The translations under genes and the position numbers were made by a program. Of a stretch of 64,000 nt of DNA, positions 58,246 to 64,000 are shown one piece after another. Source of the DNA: Xylographa opegraphella (Eukaryota). The first letter of the stretch is position 1; every line of letters starts with the position of its first letter. The DNA lies in assembly GCA_022813865.1 (NCBI GenBank), contig JALDZX010000031.1:62001-126000 (forward strand). The letters run 5' to 3'. The notes under the pieces are model-generated. The model worked only from the letters and a program-made list of their open reading frames with translations, was not told the origin of the DNA and made no database searches.

Positions 58246-61200
58246 CGATGGACAGGACCGCGCGAGAACACTTTCCTCTGGACTATAAGAAGGACGGCAT
58301 CAGTGCCCGAGTTGCGAAGCCGACGAGGAATTTGAGGCGGAGCGCTCTCCACCGTCGAGTGAAGCACTAGCGAATGTCACTGCCGGGGGAGGAAGGGGGA
58401 GGGGGTGGGTGTGGGTGTGGGAGGGGTGGTCCGAGGTGGTGATGGCACTGCAACAAACACAAGAGACATGCAACGGTATGGTCGTGAGTCAGCGGAGCAG
58501 TCGGTCGCGTACGTCAGTTGCGATGGGGCTGGTGGGCGACGGTCGAGCTGCAGAGGCTGGAACGAGCTTGGTGCGGCATGGACGGCCTTTTTTGGTTGGA
58601 TGCCAGCGCTTGGTGTTGGTGTTTCTTTTCTATCCACCGCTCTGCAGAACAGGCATGGGACGGGATTGCGGCATATGCCGGGCCTGGAGGAGAGCGCAGC
58701 AGAGTGGCAGCATGTCACGCATCGGGTATGGCACCGGGTCACAAAGTCAACGACGTCGTCTCGCAGGCTCCACTCGCGCGCGACAGCTTTGGGACGGGGG
58801 GGGAGATCGATCTGATAAGTAGCCGGGAGGGAGGGGAAGGCGTCGGCCACAAGTCAGGAAGCGGAAAGTGTCTAGAAGAAAGTTCCAGGTGAGCGAGAAT
58901 AATGGATTGGTCGGTGGACGAGGCAGCGCCGTCAAGATCAAGCCACGGGAAGGCCGGGCTCGATCTGGAGAACAGGCTTAATTCTTTGAGCAGACGGGGG
59001 AGCGGCCCCACGGTGATGTAAGATCCCAAGATCCCAAGATCAACAGAAGGCCCGGTACTCGTAGTCAGGGAAAGATGAGAGTAGGATCAGGGGCGAGTCT
59101 ATCGGTGCAAGAGGGCGGAACGGGGCACGGTGTGGGCCTCGGTAGTCCCGTAGTCCGGTAGTAGTAGTAAGGAAGCCTTTCGGTCGATACTTTTGGTAGA
59201 GCAGATTGAGCTCATCGACGACCCAGCTGCCGGTAAGGTTACAGCTTACAGGGAGCGATGTACCGGGGCGACAGCAAGGCCCGTCCAGACGGCCCGACGG
59301 CCCTGCACCATGACTTCGATCTCGGGGGGAGGAGTGGCGACCAAGTGTCCTTGGAGGATGGGGATCCCTGTGACTGAGGTTGTTTGGTGGTTGTGGTTGC
59401 GGTTTTGGGGTCAAGGGTTAGGGGGGTTATTGAACTAGGGACGAGGGATCTGTGACGGAGTAGGTAGTAGGGGAGAAGAGGACTCTCCCGCCCACTGATA
59501 TAAATGGCCGGATCGACAGCTTGGGGAGGGGTCTTGCTATTGGGCACGTCGTGCATGTAGGCCCGGCGGAGGTCAACTGTAACTTCGACGCTATGGAGGC
59601 CAAAGGGGGACTTGGGAGACAGACCAGAGCCAGAAGCGCGGACGAGATCTGGGAAATGGCTGCTTACCACGAACTCTCTTGCCTTTTCAGCCCAGATGCA
59701 GGCCCCGAACCGCCGACCCAAGAATTACGACCTGGTCCCGCGGTGGCACGGCGGTGGTGAACTACAGGGAGAGGAGAGGAGGGAAACAGTGGCAGACCAG
59801 TTTACTGGCAACGGCGGTAGCTTTTCGGTTCGTGTTCATGGCCCAGCCAGTCCGTCGACGCGCTTTGATGCCCCTTCATCTCACGCTCCATCGACCGATG
59901 AAAGCGGGATGCGGATCCTCCATTCGCGCCCAGACTGGAGGAAGTGCCGGCATTTAGCGACGCTACTCCTTCTGTAAGGTAGCGCTTCTTCTCCAAATGC
60001 ATTGCTCCGAATGACCGTGATTTCCGATGCTTGGGAACCCCAAACACCACTCGTCGGCCGTTGAGGAAAAAGCAAAGGCCGAGAAAGGGACGATTCAATG
60101 GCGGAGAAAAAAGCCGAGTGCGAACGGAAGCCAAGTCGCACTAGCAGGGACAGGCAGGCCATGCACGGTGCAAGGATAAGCCCTGTAGATAATTTAAGGT
60201 TTGGAACGCAGCGGAGGTGCAGGAGAGCCGGGGGCGAGCATGAGCAGGGGTCAGGGGCCGAGCTTACCGCAACGGGGGGGCTCGAAGGGTGGGCGGCAGA
60301 CACGAAAAGTGGGTGGGGGCACAGACGGCAGAAGCCAAGAGAGAGCGACAGGAGGCGGGGGGGGAGCCACGACGGGCGGGCATCGGGCAGGTGGTACTCT
60401 GTAGGTCGTCTCACGAAAGCGGTAGACGAGGCATCGGACACGTGAGATCCTCCCCGTGCAGGTGTGGGAGGAACACTCATCTGCAGCCATGCAGAAGGGG
60501 CGTGTGTCGAAAGATGAGACGAAAAGCGTGAGGGTGTGTGTTGCGTGGTGGGCAAGTCGGAGTCGGGGTGTACGACGACCAGAAGGGCGAGTAAGGTGCC
60601 TCTCTCGCCCCAATCGTTTCAGTGTCGGGGTCCGTGGTGTGGCTGGAGACGGCCAGCCACGAAACACGGTCCGCTACCCTCATCCGTGGACAAAGGCGTG
60701 ACGGGACAGCGTCGAGAAAGATGCCGTGGAGGGCATGGGCTTCAAAACATCGGATCTTCGTTGCATTGTTATCCTGGCCGATGCATCGCCCGTCACCACT
60801 CTCGTGCTCGATTCGGGTGCCACAACATCGTTGCATGAGAATCGATGTTGCCTTTCCCCCTTTGCCTCCTTCTCCCTTCTCCCTTCGTCCCATCTTTCCC
60901 CGTGCTCCAGCCCTACGCGACCAGCATTTGATCCGTGCTGATGCCATTACTATTCCACTCGGCACCATCTCCAGAGCTGCCGCTCGGCATCTTTTGGTGC
61001 CTTGATCGGCAAGGGACATGAACACTCCGAGGCCCGGTCGTCGCCTCGGCTTCGATGATGGACCGCCTGCCTAGTATTGCTGCAGCGCTCATCCCTCCCA
61101 TTCGGCAACAATCGTCAAAATGGTCACAGAAAATAGTTACCCGATGTCTGTCTCCCATCAAGTGCACCGGCCGCCCCCCCCAGCGTGGTACAGAGCGTCC

Positions 61201-64000
61201 GAGCCGCCGGCTTGACAAGTGCCCAACGTTACATGGCCCAATGCAGGCCGCGGTCTTAGACTTCTCTGGACGACGTGGGCGGGAAGGAATGATGTCGTGG
61301 TAAGGTCCCACGACTATGCGGCCAGGCTGTTCGTTGCCGGTTGCGCGCTTCCCCTCGGCGCGGCGCTGGTGTTTCGTGGCCGCCCCCCCGTTGAGGTCGC
61401 CTCGGCGTGGAGCGGCCCTACGTGCACCTTCTGCGCCGCAGGCCGCAGCTCGCACCGTATTGCGCTTTTGGGTAATGGCATCGACGTCAGGTTCGAACGA
61501 CGGAGCCAGACTGCGGCAGCGTGGACGTTGACGCGCACTGTGTGGGCCTGTTGGAAGCGTACGTGATCGCATCGTGGGAAAGTCGGTGGGCGGAGTCGGT
61601 GCTGGCGGTTGGAGGTCAACGTCGGCATTCCGCACAAGATTTCGCACGGCCGCGCCATCGAATTCCTCAGGGTGCGCCCTTCCGCCACGGGGATGCGAGG
61701 AGCCAAATGCGCGGCAGGCGTTCGTGCGCGGACGGGCAGCAGGTCTTGCTCAAGCTTCATCGGCGCTCTCTTTTGACCTTCCCACTGATTGGTCGCCAGG
61801 AATGCGTGCAGCACTAAGAAGTACCTCTCATGGCCCGTCTGCGACGGAAATTCTCCACTGTGCTGCAGTCGACAGCGCATGATCGAGAATGCCGGACCCG
61901 GTTTCCTCATTCCTCTAATGCCATTGACCAACCACCTTAGCTTACGTCGTCCGTTCTAGGGGTTTTGGGCTCTGCCTGAAGCATTCATTCCACGACCAAG
62001 CAAGGCGAGCACCGTCGCTGTGTCTCTTTTGCTATCTCACACCGCCGGCTCTAGCGTTTCCAGCAGTCCCGCACCACGCGGCAACATGTCGGTGCCACCA
62101 AGGCATGGTCAAGGTTCCATGCCGTCGTCGCAATGATGGGGTGAAACAATTCGAACAAATGGATGTGGAACAGCAGACCATGCCGACGGACGTGTTCGAC
62201 AGCTTGACGCTACGAATGAATAACGCAGACTCCACTCCGTTTCAAGCAGAAGCATAAGTACTCTGTACGGTCTACGCTCTAGTCGCTCCATGCCGTGCCC
62301 TACTCCGTACCTACCGATGCCTGCGGTCACCAGAGGCAATATTGCCTACCGTGGACGGAGTTCGAGGTGGACCGGTTCTCCCAGCTCATCGTCGGCAGTG
62401 TGGCAAGCGACCGCAGCTCATTCGAGCAATTCGAGTCCGCTCTACAACAAGGCAAGATGTTCCTGCCCCCGTTCGAGCACAAGGCAAAAGTGTATCGAGC
62501 CCGATGCAGCGTCTGGGGGGTTTATGCGCGCTTCATCTGATGCTCGCCCTCGTTTGGGGGATTAAGGTTCGCATGACTCTGGTGCGACCCGCGGCCCAGT
62601 CTTGCCTTTAATCCTAGCCGCTGCTGGCTTGGCACACGACGGCGCTGTCGATCTCTTGCCAAGGCTCGGAGCACGGAACTTTTCACAGCGAATCAGTCCC
62701 GACCGTTGACAATCCCAGCTGGATAAGGTAAGGGAAGGGAGTGAAATAATAGGCGGGCTGGATGTCGAAAGAGGAAGCTGCTGCTGATGTGTCAATGGCG
62801 CCGGCAAAACTCCTCTGTTCTCTCGATCCTCTTTCACGCGCATCTCTCGGGGCAACAGTGCTCCGAGCATCACGGTCGCCGGGGACGAAAAGAAAGAAAC
62901 GCACCAAAAGACGGCAGGATACGAGTGCTGGGAGCGGTGCGGGCGCCACCGAGGGAAGGGAAGGGAAGGGGATCCCCCGCTCCTGCTGCGTCACCCCGTG
63001 CTCGACCCCGCAGCGGTGCGAGCAGCGAAAGGCAAAGCTTATCGTCTTTACACTTTCCGCCTTCTCTTCCTCCCAAACCTTTTTCTGTCTGGATCGGTGG
63101 ACGAGGCGCGATGCGGTGGGAGAGACATCGGGCGTGACGGCCGTGGTCGAGCGGTCTGATAGGGCCGGGAACGTCTCGCTCGCCTGCCCGGCGGCGTTTG
63201 ACTTCCCGCCCCCGGTGCCAGCGCGCAGTGGTCAAAGTGCCGATTGGTGTCGTACAACTGGCCGGTCGCCTTACGCGCACAAATCATACGTCACGATTGG
63301 AGGCTCCTGTCTTTGATCACGGAAGCTCTCTCGTCAAACAGGATCGAGCTGGCATCAGGGGAGTGATGCTGAGTCGGAAATGATGCATTGGATCATCATC
63401 GTGGGCAATCACGGCGGTGGGCATGGTGGAGGGGAGCTGGAGTCCGCAGTCTCGAGGCGTCTTCGTCGACGACGGACGACGGACAACTCGACTTCACCTG
63501 CTGGACCGACCCAATCAAGCTGGACTGCTTGTAGGCAGACTGGAACTTTGGGGCCGAGAGCAAGCCACCAGATGCGCCGTCAGCGTGATTGATCTGGCGC
63601 TTCCTGCACGAACTCTCCATCGGGACCGCAATCTGACTACTGAACAAAACTGACTAGATACTAACACATAGATGATCCGTATCGCCGGGCGTCCATCATC
63701 CTCACCAATGCCCGCAAGAGTCGAAGAGCCGCAGGCAATGGCAGGCATGGTATGTCCGTGGAATGTATCTAATATTTGGAATCCAGCGGAGGTACATCCC
63801 TTTAGGACATCCCCCAAGCATCAGCATTCCCTCCCCTCTCAGTACCATCATCCCATCCAACGTCGCCATCCATTCGCCTCCGCCAACAGTGCCAACCGGT
63901 GCGAAGAACCGAGCATCCGGGATCGCTGCACCCAAGCCGGTAGCGAACGTTGCTTGCCCTGCCGAGATCTACCCTCGATACCTTGCCTCGTCGACTCGCT

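Noticed and set aside
62133..62540. Coding-like fragments MDVEQQTMPTDVFDSL.. and ..WTEFEVDRFSQLIVG..
   Set aside because: A TAA precedes the only nearby donor, no recognisable family; unsupported without transcript or homology data
1..64000. Transposons, RIP-degraded AT-rich blocks, tRNA/rRNA genes, secondary-metabolite backbone genes
   Set aside because: No transposase/RT motifs, terminal repeats, tRNA cloverleaf or PKS/NRPS domains recognised; the lone adenylate-forming enzyme has acetoacetyl-CoA synthetase signatures

Overview
Intron-rich genomic DNA from a filamentous ascomycete (Pezizomycotina): GT..AG introns with CTRAY branch points and standard code, with TAG used as a normal stop (e.g. 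RPL4). About 19 protein-coding genes are supportable. In order: 3' end of a palI/RIM9-like gene; two tandem orphan genes sharing a gap-free ~98-aa C-terminal domain; an RS/RD-rich conserved protein; kinetochore Sos7; a telobox-Myb (Taz1/Tbf1-like) protein; GDT1; a secreted type-B carboxylesterase with one in-frame TAG; a Mid2-like single-pass protein; a HOL1-family MFS transporter; an orphan; an amidoligase-like protein with a nested OGFr-like domain and 30-aa repeats; an Aro8-like aminotransferase; an LCCL membrane protein; a DUF1996 secreted protein; nmrA; acetoacetyl-CoA synthetase; a second HOL1-family MFS transporter; RPL4; and a Zn2Cys6 transcription factor with >5.7 kb of apparently non-coding upstream DNA. 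I saw no tRNA, rRNA, intact transposon or CRISPR array. Best leads: (1) both HOL1-family transporters are preceded by a uORF ending Pro-Ser/Thr-TAA, like the polyamine/eIF5A-sensing uORF of yeast HOL1; (2) an OGFr-like domain nested in a catalytically degenerate amidoligase fold; (3) the orphan paralog pair, one member probably carrying an in-frame TAG; (4) an otherwise intact esterase with TAG at an aromatic-residue position, a candidate for stop-restoring A-to-I editing. All family calls are from motif recognition by eye; no database search was run.
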